From assembly GCF_001194135.2 (NCBI RefSeq), contig NC_068994.1:37143409-37207326 (forward strand): a stretch of 63,918 nucleotides of DNA, in the 5' to 3' direction. This DNA is from Octopus bimaculoides. Its lineage: Eukaryota. The translations under genes were made by a program, and so were the position numbers. Positions within the stretch are counted from its first letter, which is position 1, and each line of letters starts with the position of its first letter. The notes below the pieces were generated by a model. That model was not told the origin of the DNA and did not search any database. It saw only the letters and a list, made by a program, of their open reading frames with translations. Of the stretch, positions 12,680 to 25,350 are shown in pieces.

Positions 12680-13081
12680 TCTTACTCTTACTTGTTTCAG
12701 TCATTTGACTGCGGCCATGCTGGAGCACCGCCTTTAGTCGAACAAATCGACCCCAGGACTTATTCTTTGGAAGCCTAGTACTTATTCTATCGGTCTCTTT
12801 TGCCGAACCGCTAAGTTACAGGGACGTAAACACACCAGCATCGGTTGTCAAGCAATGTTGGGGGGACAAACACAGACACACAAACATATACACACACATA
12901 TATATACATACATATATACGACGGGATTCCCTCAGCTTCTGCCCACCAAATCCACTCACAAGGCCTTGGTCGGCCCGAGGCTATAGTAGAAGACACTTGC
13001 CCAAGGTGCCACGCAGTGGGACTGAACCCAGAACCATGTGGTTGGTAAGCAAGCTACTTACCACACAGCCACTCCCGCGCC
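12679..13081 (-). mobile_element. SINE family A, full-length and CpG-rich (young) copy
   Basis: Reverse complement: GCGCGGGAGTGGCTGTGTGGTAAGTAGC...GGTTCAGTCCCACTGCG...CATGGCCGCAGTCAAATGACTGAAACAAGTAAGAGTAAGAG. Confidence 0.9.
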
Positions 13082-13147
13082 TATATATATATAATATATA
13101 TATATACATATATAAAACATACATCTGCATTTTTTCTGCATTTTTCG

Positions 13148-13236
13148 TGCAGCTGAAGATTGCTCTTCATATTGCATTTAAGGTAATGCTCACATTACTT
13201 AAATAAATTGAAGTAGCATGAAACGTGCGTACTGCA
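13148..13236 (+). ncRNA. Type I hammerhead ribozyme motif
   Basis: Stem I TGCAG/CTGCA; core CTGAAGA; long stem II (TGCT/AGCA, CTTCA/TGAAG, ATTTAA-G-GTAATG/CATTACTTAAAT); GAAA; stem III ACG-TG-CGT; GUA cleavage triplet. Confidence 0.8.
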
Positions 13237-13453
13237 ATCACTTTTGAAATCCGTGTTGCTTATTGTTTGATTTTAAATCACCCATCCTTTTGGGATGCGA
13301 TATTCGGGTGCCTTCGCATAAAGTACCATATTCAAGCCTTGAATCTATATCTAAACCGTCTACACACACATATAGCTATATTTGAACATGTATTGTGCGT
13401 GTATACATATATATGTATATAAATACATATATGTATATATTGGATATACATAT

Positions 13454-13496
<43 letters not shown>

Positions 13497-13959
13497 TATA
13501 TATACAATTATATGTGTTTATATATACACAGAGAGAAAGAGAGAGAGAGAGAGTTATGTGTTTGGCTCTGCATATTAAGATAGTGAAAATAGCTTTACAC
13601 ATCAATTAGAAATGAAAGCTAAAAGAAAATTCATATTCAGAGAGAAATAGATAGACATTTCTAATATAATGCATTAAGGCTAACTTACTTTAAAAAAAAA
13701 AGAAAAGAAAAATTCAAGATTTTGTCCATAAATTTATTCAGGGAAGATATCTAATAAAAAGAGAAGCAACGAGAGAACGAAGTGATTTTATTTCAGAAAT
13801 AGTCAGCAGATAAAGAGCTTTCCATATTTTGTGAGTTCGGTTGATTAAAGAGAAAAGTAAAAAAAAAAAGTTCTCTAAACAATCTCTTTGTCAATGTGCG
13901 CATGTATTTTACTAACACTAGCTTATGCAGAAATTTGTATACATACCTACCAATGTCTA

Positions 13960-14054
<95 letters not shown>

Positions 14055-14171
14055 TCATACATACTAGATATATGTAGTAGGTGATGAATATATTGGCCTT
14101 TAAGCTATAGAAATTTTTTCCTCCCCTTTTTTTTTTTCTTTTTCCGTCTGTTGAATCTTTTTCCATACCAG

Positions 14172-14237
14172 GCTGAGAAGTTGGCTGATGAAGTCTTTCA
14201 AATGGCGATTTCATTTGAATTTCCATGACAATCCTTG
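14172..14237 (+). other. Candidate coding exon (66 nt), host gene unidentified
   Basis: Acceptor ttgaatctttttccataccag, donor TG|gtgagg; open phase 2-2 frame LRSWLMKSFKWRFHLNFHDNP. No homology recognised. Confidence 0.25.
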
Positions 14238-14623
14238 GTGAGGTTCTAAAGTCGATTCTTTCTTCTAAATAGATATTACCAGGCCTTCTCTATAGAGAAT
14301 TGAGAATGTTTTCCTTCATCAATACAAAATAATGGACCCATAGAACAAGTACGAATGGCTTTTGTGTATGTAATTGCATGAAATATTTTCCTTCTTTTCA
14401 TTAGAACACACAGGAAAGAAACCTTATTCATTTCTCCATTCTCAGTTGTACAGTGAATATTATACTAAATAAGTATTTCTGATGGCTGCAAGAGGTGTTG
14501 TTTGTATATATTACACACGTATATATACATATTATGGATTTGTTTGTGTGTGTGCGAAGATACATACATACGTGCATGCATTCAATACATATGTGCGTGT
14601 GTGTGTATGTTTGTGTGCTCATA

Positions 14624-14655
<32 letters not shown>

Positions 14656-14890
14656 CGCATACACACACATTTCTCGTTTATTTTGTGTATGTACTATATA
14701 TAACATATAATGCATATATTATAATAAATATTCAATAATTTGTGTAAAATATATTGTATATTAAATGATATTGTTCAAACATATATACAAAACACACAAA
14801 CATAAATATACATACATACATATATATACATACATACATACATACATATATATATACATGTATAGACATCTGTCGTTTATATTAGATATT

Positions 14891-14934
<44 letters not shown>

Positions 14935-15155
14935 GAAAATACCAATATATTGTATAATGTATAATCTATAAATATATAAATATGTATATATAAACATATA
15001 AATATGTATATAAAAATAATATACATATGCACATTCCACTCTGTCATTCTATCCACCAGTCTCTCTTTCTTTGTCATTGTCTCTCTTTTTCCTTCTTTCT
15101 TTCAGCATCTACCTCCATTTCTCTCTGTCTGTCTAATTATCTCTCATTATACACA

Positions 15156-15202
<47 letters not shown>

Positions 15203-16031
15203 ATATATATATGTGTTATTTATACTTATGTTTGTACAAATTACATAAATACATTCACATGTATGGATATGTGTGTGTGTGTCTATATATATATGTGTGT
15301 GTGTGTGTGTATGTGTGTATGTATGTATACATTTATGTCTGTATGTTTGTATGTATGTATGCACACTCACACACATAAATGTTGATTTGCAAGAAATAGC
15401 ATTGCTACAGTTTGCAGATTTTATGCAAGAAGTATTCCATTAAGTTAGGTATTATAAACAGCTAATAATAAAAGTAAATTTTATTTATTTTTACATTTAT
15501 TTATAAATGAAGAGTAGAGTAAAGTCTAGAAGTTGTGAATGTGATTTGGACATGGCTCCAAAAGCTAAATGATGTTAGACATTAATATCATAATGCATAA
15601 TATTATATCACTATTAGGTTGTAATGGTTTGCATGTGAAGCTGCTGAAAGAAATATTGTTACAATACTGGAATATCTTGTAATATTCTGTGATTAATGCA
15701 TTGCAATTGTTAACTTAGCCATTCTCACTATGCTATTTGTACTATAAAAAGTAACAGTATTGTATTATATGCAAGTTAACAGTATTGTACTGAACAAAGT
15801 TATAGTATAGTGATAGACATAAAAATATGAAGAGAGGAAAGTACTCTGTTTGTTCATGTGTGTATTTTTCTAAGCTAATACCATCATCGTCATCATTGTC
15901 ATCATTTTATGTCTGCTTTTATACTGGCATGGGTAGGAAAGATTGACTGGAATTAAAGGGTCACTGGATTATGTCTTCCTCCAAAGTCTCATATACATGT
16001 ACATTTATAAATGTGTGTGTGTGTGTGTGTG

Positions 16032-16068
<37 letters not shown>

Positions 16069-16284
16069 ATATTTTGCAGAACCAACAGAGTGACTCAAGG
16101 TCTGAGAGTTTCGTCCATTAGCACTTATCAAACTAATTGAAGGGTCCTGTTATTAGTTTGATAAGTGCTGATGCATGAAAACTCTTAGATCTTGAGTCAC
16201 TCTGTTGCTTCTGCTAAATAGTAATGAAGATATACATAGACTCAATTTGAATTCTACCTTTTTCCTGTTTGTATCACCATATCA

Positions 16285-16480
16285 TCATCGTTATCATTAT
16301 CGTCATTGTTTAACATCTGCCTTCCATGCTAGGCATGGGTGAAATGGATTCACAAGATTCGGCCAGGCAGAAGCCTGCACCAAACTTCAGTGACTGTTTG
16401 GTAGGATTTTTACAGCTGGATGCTCTTTCTAACACCAGCCGCTCAGCAGAATGGATTTAGTGCTTTTTACATGGCACAAG
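16285..16480 (-). mobile_element. SINE family D copy
   Basis: CATCATCG...TTTAACATCTGCCTTCCATGCTAGGCATGGG...TTTACAGCTGGATGCTCTTTCTAACACCAGCC. Confidence 0.75.
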
Positions 16481-16519
16481 CACAGAATATATATATATAT
16501 ATATATATATATGTAAAAG

Positions 16520-16691
16520 CACCCACTACACTCTCTGAGTGGTTGGCGTTAGGAAGGGCATCCAGCTGTAGAAACTCTGCCAAATTAGATTGGAGCCTGG
16601 TGTTGCCATCCGGTTTCACCAGTCCTCAGTCAAATCGTCCAACCCATGCTAGCATGGAAGGCGGACATTAAATGATGATGACGATGATGAT

Positions 16692-16695
<4 letters not shown>
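16520..16695 (+). mobile_element. SINE family D copy, inverted relative to 16285-16480
   Basis: CCACTACACTCTCTGAGTGGTTGGCGTTAGGAAGGGCATCCAGCTGTAGAAAC...CCATGCTAGCATGGAAGGCGGACATTAAA(TGA)n. Confidence 0.85.
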
Positions 16696-16735
<40 letters not shown>

Positions 16736-16866
16736 TGGATAGATAGATAGATAGATATTCATGTATATAAATATATATANNNNNNNNNNNNNNNNNNNNN
16801 NNNNNNNNNNNNNNNNNNNNNNNNNNNNNNNNNNNNNNNNNNNNNNNNNNNNNNNNNNNNNNNNTA

Positions 16867-18144
16867 TATCAGGTTGAGTAAAAAGTAAGCAACGTTTTGA
16901 AACATGAAATTCATGACAATATATTTCAACAATGCAGAAATTTTATTCATCAATGTAAGTACCATTACATTCAACACATTTTTGCCATTGAGTTACAAGT
17001 TTGTTTATTCTGGTAAAATCTGGTGTTTTGGAGCTGATGAACTCTTTGAATGCACTTTCAGCATTGGTTTGATTTTTGAACTCCTCCTGCAGGAAAGTGA
17101 TAGTCAGTAGAAAGTAATAGTCAGTAGAAGAAAGGTCTTGGGAATAAGCTGGGTGGGGAAGAACTTTGTAGCCAGGTTCCCTCAACTTCTGGAGTGTCAT
17201 TAGGGAAACATGTGGTCAAGCATTGTCATGAAGAATGATTGGCCCTCTTCTGTTGACCAGTCTGGGACAGAGGAGCAGCAGTTTGTCATCCATTTTGGCA
17301 ATTTCATGGCAATATGTTTCTGCAGTAAGGGTTTTTCTGGGTTTTAAGAAGTTATAGTGGATGAGTCCAGCAGTACATCACCAAACAGTCACCATAACCT
17401 TCATTTTATAAAATGCTCAGATTTAGGGAAGGTTTTCGGTGCTTCATTTTGGTCCAGCCACTGCAAAGAAAGTTTTCCATTATTACACAGAATGCACTTT
17501 TCATCGCAAATTACGATACATTCTAGAAATGGATCGGTCTGGTTACAGAGAAGAAGCGAGAAGCAAATTTCATATCTGCGCATTTTCTGATTTTCATTCA
17601 AATCACGTAGTTCCTATTTGTCAAGCTTTTTTGATTCTCTGATCACATGCAAATGGTTGCAGGTAGTTTTCTGACTAACTTGAAGTTCTTTTGTCAGTTC
17701 TCGAGTGGTTTTAGGTGGATCTTTCTTAATGATGGTTTTGAATTGACCATCATCGATGACAGATGGGCATCTACTGCACTCATAATCTTCAAGGCTCAGG
17801 TTTCCACTGCGAAACTGTTTAACCCATTTTCGAGCTGACCACTCACAGTCATTTTCTCACCAAATGTTTCGTTGATATCATGAACAGTTTCAGCTGCATT
17901 AGGTCCTTTTTGACTGTAAATGATAAAATTGCTTGAATATCGTGCTTTGACAGTTCCATTTCAGATTATTGTAACAATGGTGAAAAAAATATCAATGTTA
18001 ATTTATTGATGCATTTGGGCAAGTCTATATCTGTATTATCAGACAACTGCAAAAGAAATGGTTAAAAAAATTCAAATCTCTGCAAAAATTCAGTACAAGT
18101 TCTTTATGGCTCAGAATGTCTCTTACTTTTTACTCAACCTGATA
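16867..18144 (-). mobile_element. Near full-length decayed mariner (cecropia/Hsmar1-like), 1274 bp between TA duplications
   Basis: TIR TA|TCAGGTTGAGTAAAAAGTAAG at both ends. Transposase remnants IVICDEKCIL, HPAYSQDLSSTDYY, ESAFKEFISSK, LVTQWQKCVECNGTYID. Frameshifted. Confidence 0.92.
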
Positions 18145-18177
18145 TATATGCATGCATATGTATGTGTGGGTGTGTAG

Positions 18178-18552
18178 GTACAGGCATGGCTGTGTGATAA
18201 AGGATCACGTTTTGCAACCATAGGGTGTTGGGTTCAGTACTTCATGACACTTTAGGCAAGTGTCTTCTACTATAGTCCAGACCAACCAATATCTTGTAAG
18301 TGAATTTGGTAGATGGAAACTGTGTGGAAGCCCATCATGAATGTGTGTATGTATGAATGTATGTGTGTATGTATGTCTCAGTGTTTGCTTACATCTCTGT
18401 ACCTTTGCAGTTTGGCAGAAGATACTGACAGAATAAAAATCAGACTTGAAAATGAAGTATTGGGGTTTATTTGTTTGACTAAACACTTCAACTTGATGTT
18501 CTAGCATGGCCACAGTCCAATGACTGAAACAAATAAACAATAAAAGATAAAG
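18178..18552 (+). mobile_element. SINE family A
   Basis: ACAGGCATGGCTGTGTGATAAAG...AGTGAATTTGGTAGATGGAAACTG...CATGGCCACAGTCCAATGACTGAAACAAA. Confidence 0.8.
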
Positions 18553-19301
18553 ACACATAAGTATGCATGTATATATTAAGCATCTTCATAAGCATCTTCA
18601 TATGAAACATAACATATCCTTTGTAATAACACAGGAACAAGAAATTTAGTATCTTGATAATTCTAAGACAGTCAACTGTTCAAATGGAGCTGCAAGTTAG
18701 CGTCTCATGTATTGTTCTTTTGTTTTCTTAACTTAAGTCTGTCAGAAGCTTATTTTGGTACCAAATCAAAAGGAACCATTTTAAATAATTCCGCACTACT
18801 TAACATAAATATCACTACAGTGATCATCTGTAAGCTCACCCAGAAGGAATATGTAGGGTGTGGTTATCATTTGTAAAAGCGTGCATGAATGATATTAAAG
18901 CAAGTGTTAGTTATGAGTTCATAAAGAAGACAATCTCCCTATGTGAACAATAAGATGTTTGAATCCTCTTAGAGATAAAGTGCATTGGTATATTGGTTTT
19001 CTATGTTTTGTGGATGTGTTTGTGTGTGTACAATTGTGTGTATATATAACTATCTCTCTCACTCTTTTTCACTCACTCTCATTCACTCACTCTTTCTCAC
19101 TCACTCTCATTCACTCTTTCTTTCTCTCTCTCTCTCTCTTTCCTTATATAACTATTCGTTTTCTGTCTATCTATTTCACAAACGCAGACACACATGCATG
19201 CACCCATGCACACACTCATATAGATATATGCATATGTTATATGCATGTGTATATATATGTGTGTGTGTATATATGTGTGTATGTGTGTGTGTGTGTGTGT
19301 G

Positions 19302-19377
<76 letters not shown>

Positions 19378-19694
19378 TATACATGTGTACATGCATACAT
19401 GTTTATATACATACATGCAGATATTTACTTATATACTTACAGTAATAGCATCACATCAAGGAATTCAGCTCTATCAAAACCAAAAAGTGAGACAGAATGA
19501 TATATATATATATATAATTGAAAATATTTGGAGTCAACAAGAAGGGAAAACATTTTTCAGTTATCTATTCACACACGAAGCCGAAACGCAAACCTGGAAG
19601 TACGTATAATACTACTACTGTATAGTACAGGGTGAAATCTGAAAGTGGACAAGCCTTATACTGTACTCTACTATGTTCTTAACAGAATATACTA

Positions 19695-19730
<36 letters not shown>

Positions 19731-19732
<2 letters not shown>

Positions 19733-20706
19733 TTCATCATCATCCAAAATGCGCCTCCCCTTCAAAAAAGACTTCATGGTTGGAAAGAGGTGGAAGTCAG
19801 ATGGTGTGACATTGGGAGAGTAAGGAGGATGAGAAGGGATTTCATAGTCACAGGAGTGTGCTTTCATCTGGGCAACATGTGAATTGTGAACTGGGGCATC
19901 TTGGAGGAGGTGGACTCCTTTCGTCAGCATGCCATGCCTCTCTGCTTTGACAGTGTCCCACAATTTTTGCAGCAGAGAAGCATAATATGCCCTATTAATT
20001 GTGGTGCCCTTTGCCAGAAAATCCATCATCACTTCTCTGCACTGGTCCCAAACAATTGTGAGCATTACCTTGCCTGCTGAGAGTTGGACACGAGCCTTCT
20101 TTGGAGGTGGTGAGTTATCATACTTTCATTACTTTGACTGGACTGTAGTCTCAGTATCACAGTGATGGACTCAAGTTTCATCCTGTGTGATAAGTCTGCT
20201 GAAAAAGTCCTCCTCATTTTCTTGGCGCATTGCCAAAATAGCCTGGGAGCAATTGACTCGTTCCTACTTCTGAAAAGGGGTGAACATCCTAGGAATCCAT
20301 TGTACATGTGGAAGACAACTTAATGGATTGTGTCATCATCAATGGTGGAATGTAGTTGTCCAGGAATAGGATTAGTTTCCACCAATGTCCAACCACATTT
20401 GAACTGGCGATGCCAGTGCTTGACTACATCATATGATGGTGCATTGTTACCATAAACTTCTTTCATCTCATTGAAAGTCTCTTTTGGTGTACGACCTTTC
20501 AAGTATAAGAACCTGATCGCTAATCTGCATTCAACTGCCTCGATTATAACACCTTAGTCCACTTCACCAGCCGTAAAAGTCAAACAAATGCTAGTGGAAA
20601 GCTGCAATTTACAATGTGATATATAGAGACATATATGATTATACCTGCATAAGTTCCATTTTCTGCCTCAACGGAAGTGGGTTAGGGAAAATCTTTAATG
20701 AACACA

Positions 20707-20710
<4 letters not shown>
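19731..20710 (-). mobile_element. Decayed mariner (irritans/Himar1-like), 3' end lost at a (TA)n tract
   Basis: KGRTPKETFNEMKEVYGNNAPSYDVVKHWHRQFKCG; MLTIVWDQ...GTTINRAYYASLL...LLQDAPVH...HPPYSPNVTPSDFHLFPTMKSFLKGRR. A putative TIR TAGGTGTGTTCATTAAAGATTTTCCC is present at the 5' end only. Confidence 0.9.
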
Positions 20711-20741
<31 letters not shown>

Positions 20742-20954
20742 TCTCTTATTTTAATTTAATTATCCATAACCAAATTCTCAAAGTTGGTATATTCGATGCG
20801 GAAACCTTTTTCTGCGGAGATATTTCCAGATTTAGCGCGCAAAAACGAAGACTTTTGAATCTTAGCATAAGTATAATTTAACAGAACTGTGTACACGTGC
20901 TCCCCTCGTGGCATACAACTAGTATGCGATTCTGTAAATTGTACTTATTCAACA

Positions 20955-21020
20955 GTCTGTACTGATGAGAAACAGATATTTTCGGTAAGAAAATTTTAAT
21001 TTCGAAACTAGTTTGCAGAT
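20955..21020 (+). ncRNA. Type I hammerhead ribozyme motif
   Basis: Stem I GTCTGTA/TGCAGAT; core CTGATGA; stem II GAAA/TTTC extended by AGA/TTT and ATTTTC/GAAAAT; GAAA; palindromic stem III ACTAGT; GUU triplet. Confidence 0.75.
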
Positions 21021-21475
21021 AATTGTATTTTTTTATGTAATTTTCACTTGTCTTGCCCGAATACGTTTTTGTTATATCGCTAAATTTCTTGTGAGAACAA
21101 TTCGGTCTTAGTAGACACATTACATGTGATCTTCTAGCACATTAGCAGTCCACCTAGTGGTCTCCTTTATATATATATGTATATATANNNNNNNNNNNNN
21201 NNNNNNNNNNNNNNNNNNNNNNNNNNNNNNNNNNNNNNNNNNNNNNNNNNNNNNNNNNNNNNNNNNNNNNNNNNNNNNNNNNNNNNNNNNNNNNNNNNNN
21301 NNNNNNNNNNNNNNNNNNNNNNNNNNNNNNNNNNNNNNNNNNNNNNNNNNNNNNNNNNNNNNNNNNNNNNNNNNNNNNNNNNNNNNNNNNNNNNNNNNNN
21401 NNNNNNNNNNNNNNNNNNNNNNNNNNNNNNNNNNNNNNNNNNNNNNNNNNNNNNNNNNNNNNNNNNNNNNNNNNN

Positions 21476-21507
<32 letters not shown>

Positions 21508-22019
21508 ATATATTTGAAGGTGGTGCTCCAGCATGCCCACAGTCTAATGACTGAAACAAGTAAAAGAATAAAAGAAAATATATATATACAGAGAGAGACA
21601 GAGGGAGTTCTCAATTTTTGGCTTTCTTGAAGCATGGTATTGTTCTGACTTACTTGATGTGATGCTTTGTCTGTTATTTATATGCCCTGTGAAATTTGAT
21701 CAGTTGCATAATGGTGAAAAATGTATATATTTGGGGCTTCAACATAGAGTATTGTATTTATGATTGGAAACTGATGAGGTGAAATGCACGATTGTATAAT
21801 GTCTCCACTTGTGTAATTATTTCAGTGTTTTACTGAAATGCATGAATGTCCTATAATGCTTTGAATACTAAACCAGTTTTTTTGCTTATTTTGCCCTTTT
21901 TCTCACATTTGGCTTGTGCTCCATGCTCTTACCTATCCCAAGTTTGGTGACCCACATCTTCACTATACAGGATACCAGAGTTGGTGGAGCCCTCAACTGA
22001 GCCTGATTTGGTTACCTGT

Positions 22020-22260
22020 TGTACACTTTACATATATACATCAGTCTATTTATCTATCAATCGATCTATCTATCCATCTGTCTGTCTGTTTGATGTCTGA
22101 TGTTTGTCTGTCTATCTATTTATCTAACTGTTTATCTATCTATCTATTTATCTAACTGTTTATCTATCTATCTATCTATCTATCTAACTGTTTGTTTGCC
22201 TGTCTCTATCTATTTATCTATCTATCTATCTGTCAGTCTGTCTGTCTGTCTGTTTGTCTA
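22020..22260. repeat. Compound (CTAT)n/(CTGT)n tetranucleotide array
   Basis: Direct reading of repeated TCTATCTA and TCTGTCTG units. Confidence 0.9.
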
Positions 22261-23612
22261 TACTAACTTGTACTTTAATACACACACACACAGTACTTTT
22301 ATATATGATTGTGTGAGTGTGTGTGTGCATGCGTATGTATGTGTGTGTGTGTGTGTGTGTGTGCATGTGTGTGCGTTTATGAAAGTTTTATTCATCACTG
22401 AACTCATCTTGACATTCCATACAGCAGAAGGATCATGAATCAACAGTTTACATCATATCTATGGCTTTACATGATTTACTTGAAGAATTTTATGGTGGGT
22501 GTAAGTAAATGTTTAAGTACCTTGTGGGTATTTAGCAACAACACTTTCCATTCTGAGTTCAAATCCCACTGGAGTTGAAGCTGTCTTACATCACTCTGAA
22601 GTTGATGAAATAACAGCCAATAATGGAGTCACTCAATGTAGTATGGATTCAATTTCATTAAGTGAAGCCATTTCACTCTCCTAGCATAGGCATAGCTTAG
22701 CTGTATGGTTAAGAAATTTGCTTTGCAACCATAAAGTTTGGGTTTCAATCCCACTGCAAAGCCACCTTTGATTCCTCTTTTACTCAGGTGGACTGTCAAA
22801 GACATTCAATGTTTAAAGAATTCCTATTACATTTTCATAATCAAATGTTATTAGGTTATATGTTAAAAATATTTTGTGCATATTAGAAGTATGAACAGTT
22901 TATTGCACATAAGCTTTAGCAACAAAATTTTATATGGATCCCTGCATATGGGTCATATGGACCCTAATTGGGAACCACTAATGATGATGACGATGATGAT
23001 GATGAAGATAACTATGATGATAATGATTGTGGTAGTTGCGGTGGGTGGTGGTATTGATGAGGAGCTTGATGGTAATAATGATGGAAAAAAGGCGTTGGTA
23101 AAATATGATAATTTGAAACAAATTTTGAGCTTCATATAAGTTTTACATATTTATCACCACATTGTTTCTAAATTAGACTCAAGATAAAAAAATTGATTGG
23201 TGCCTAATTTATCAACTCTGGAGGAATAACAGGCAAAGTTGATTGTGGCAGAATTTGTACACAGAATGTAATGAGCTACAGCTAAATACTGCAAGGTACA
23301 AGCCATTTTATCTCATGTTCTAATGATCCAATCAATCTACTATCTTGATTCCCAAATCGGATATGTGGATAATTTAACTGCATAATAGATAAGCCTAACA
23401 ATTTTTTTTTCTAGCTGAAGCTAGGTGTCTTTGGATAAATTTAGACAAATGCTTGTTCTTATCTCTTCCACAGACAGAAAGAACGGGATTAATTTGACTT
23501 GATCTCGACCCTAGTTGAGTTCATTTTCAGAAGTCAAACACTTATGGTCAGAATAAGCAGTTGCATGTCCTTTCAATAATGAGTTTCAAGATCTGTAGAT
23601 GTTGATTTCAGA

Positions 23613-23845
23613 TTAACAATTTAGTTATCATATTTCTGTTGAGATGCACTGTGTTTCTTTCAATTAATTTTAAATATAACAGAGAAATTAGTAAATTGAC
23701 TTTAGTTATCATTAAACTAGTGTTAGGAACATAAATTGTGACTAAGGTTTGGTGACTCAGGTTTGTTTTCAGAACTATTGAAAACAAGACATTTGTACTA
23801 CAGAGTCTTAGGTACTTTCATGTGGGTTGGTATCAAAAGGGTTAA
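23613..23845. mobile_element. Second piggyBac-type MITE (about 230 bp), left TIR decayed
   Basis: Right end GGTATCAAAAGGG|TTAA; left end TTAA|CAATTTAGTTATC. A related end, TTAACCCTTTCATACC, occurs near 8030. Confidence 0.55.
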
Positions 23846-23917
23846 AGGCAATCTAGACAACACATCCAATCTAAGTTGGATGTGCTAATTATTATTAGTA
23901 TTATCAACATATGTGTA

Positions 23918-24095
23918 GAGGTGCATGGCATAGTGGTTAGAGTGTTGGACTCATAATTGTAAGAATTTGGAATTGGTTTCTAGACCGGGTGATACATTGT
24001 GTTATTGAGCAAGACACTTCACTTCATGCTATTCCAGTCTACTCAGCTGGTAAAAATGAGTAATACTGCGACGGACCGGCATCCTATCCAATGCG
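23918..24095 (+). mobile_element. SINE family B, 5' part
   Basis: GAGGTGCATGGCATAGTGGTTAGAGTGTTGGACTCA...TTGAGCAAGACACTTCACTTCA. Confidence 0.75.
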
Positions 24096-24236
24096 GAATA
24101 TATATACCAGAGAAACCAGAAACTGTTCCTATGCTCCTTATGGGGTAATGTGGACTAGCCATTATTATAATGTGTGCGTGTGTGTGTGTGTGTATATATA
24201 TATGTATGTATATGTGTATATGTGTATATATATATA

Positions 24237-24287
<51 letters not shown>

Positions 24288-24483
24288 NNNNNNNNNNNNN
24301 NNNNNNNNNNNNNNNNNNNNNNNNNNNNNNNNNNNNNNNNNNNNNNNNNNNNNNNNNNNNNNNNNNNNNNNNNNNNNNNNNNNNNNNNNNNNNNNNNNNN
24401 NNNNNNNNNNNNNNNNNNNNNNNNNNNNNNNNNNNNNNNNNNNNNNNNNNNNNNNNNNNNNNNNNNNNNNNNNNNNNNNNNNN

Positions 24484-24663
24484 AACAGGTCGCGGTCTCA
24501 AAGCGACGAAAATATTTTGACAAATTAAATTTAAATGTTGAAGTGAATCTAACGGATTTTGTGTGTTATTTTAAATGGCTTATAAACACCTTCCACGCTG
24601 CAATTGTTTTCGTTCCAGCACACGATCTCAGATCAGGTCACTTGCTATGCAAGTGCATCTCCG

Positions 24664-24665
<2 letters not shown>
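24484..24665. mobile_element. CpG-rich interspersed element fragment emerging from an N gap
   Basis: Abrupt CpG-containing segment between the gap and a (TA)n tract; begins with hairpin GTCGC/GCGAC followed directly by GAAA. Confidence 0.45.
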
Positions 24666-24703
<38 letters not shown>

Positions 24704-25298
24704 TTTAATATTCACTTTTCGATTCTCTCATAGGTCGAGCAGAAGTTATAAAGGAAGATTTTCTATGGCGAAATGCCTTCCTTGTGACTAACATTCTCCT
24801 GTTTCCAACTAAGATAATATGTCCTCATGACTAGACATGTTTTCACTGGAAATTGGCAATGCCAGTTCATATGTTTTCAACATATAACGAGATTATTGGA
24901 AAAATAAATTTTAATCTTGCATGATGATGACACTTGCTTATAACCATTACATGATGTCAAGGCAAGGAGACTGTAACACACAGACACACACACATATTTA
25001 TATGTGTATATGTGTGCGTGCATGCATGCATGCATGTATGTGTGTGTGTATGTTGTGTGTGTGTGTTGTGTGTGTGTGCATAATGAGCTTCTTACAGTTT
25101 CCATCGAACAAATCTCTTCATAAAGCCTTAGTTGAAGACACTTGCCAAGGGTGCGACACAGTTGGAATGACTGAAACCAAACTATATAGATAGCTATAGC
25201 TATTGATATATGTGTGAATATATGTATAAACAGAAATATGTATATGTATTTTTGTATATATATATATATATATTACAACTATATATATATATATATAA

Positions 25299-25350
<52 letters not shown>

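Noticed and set aside
21765-21810. CTGATGAGGTGAAA minimal hammerhead-like string
   Set aside because: No stem II and no convincing stem I or III pairing.
23475-23546. Strong acceptor cttatctcttccacag
   Set aside because: All three downstream frames hit stops within 10 codons; at most a non-coding exon, with no supporting evidence.
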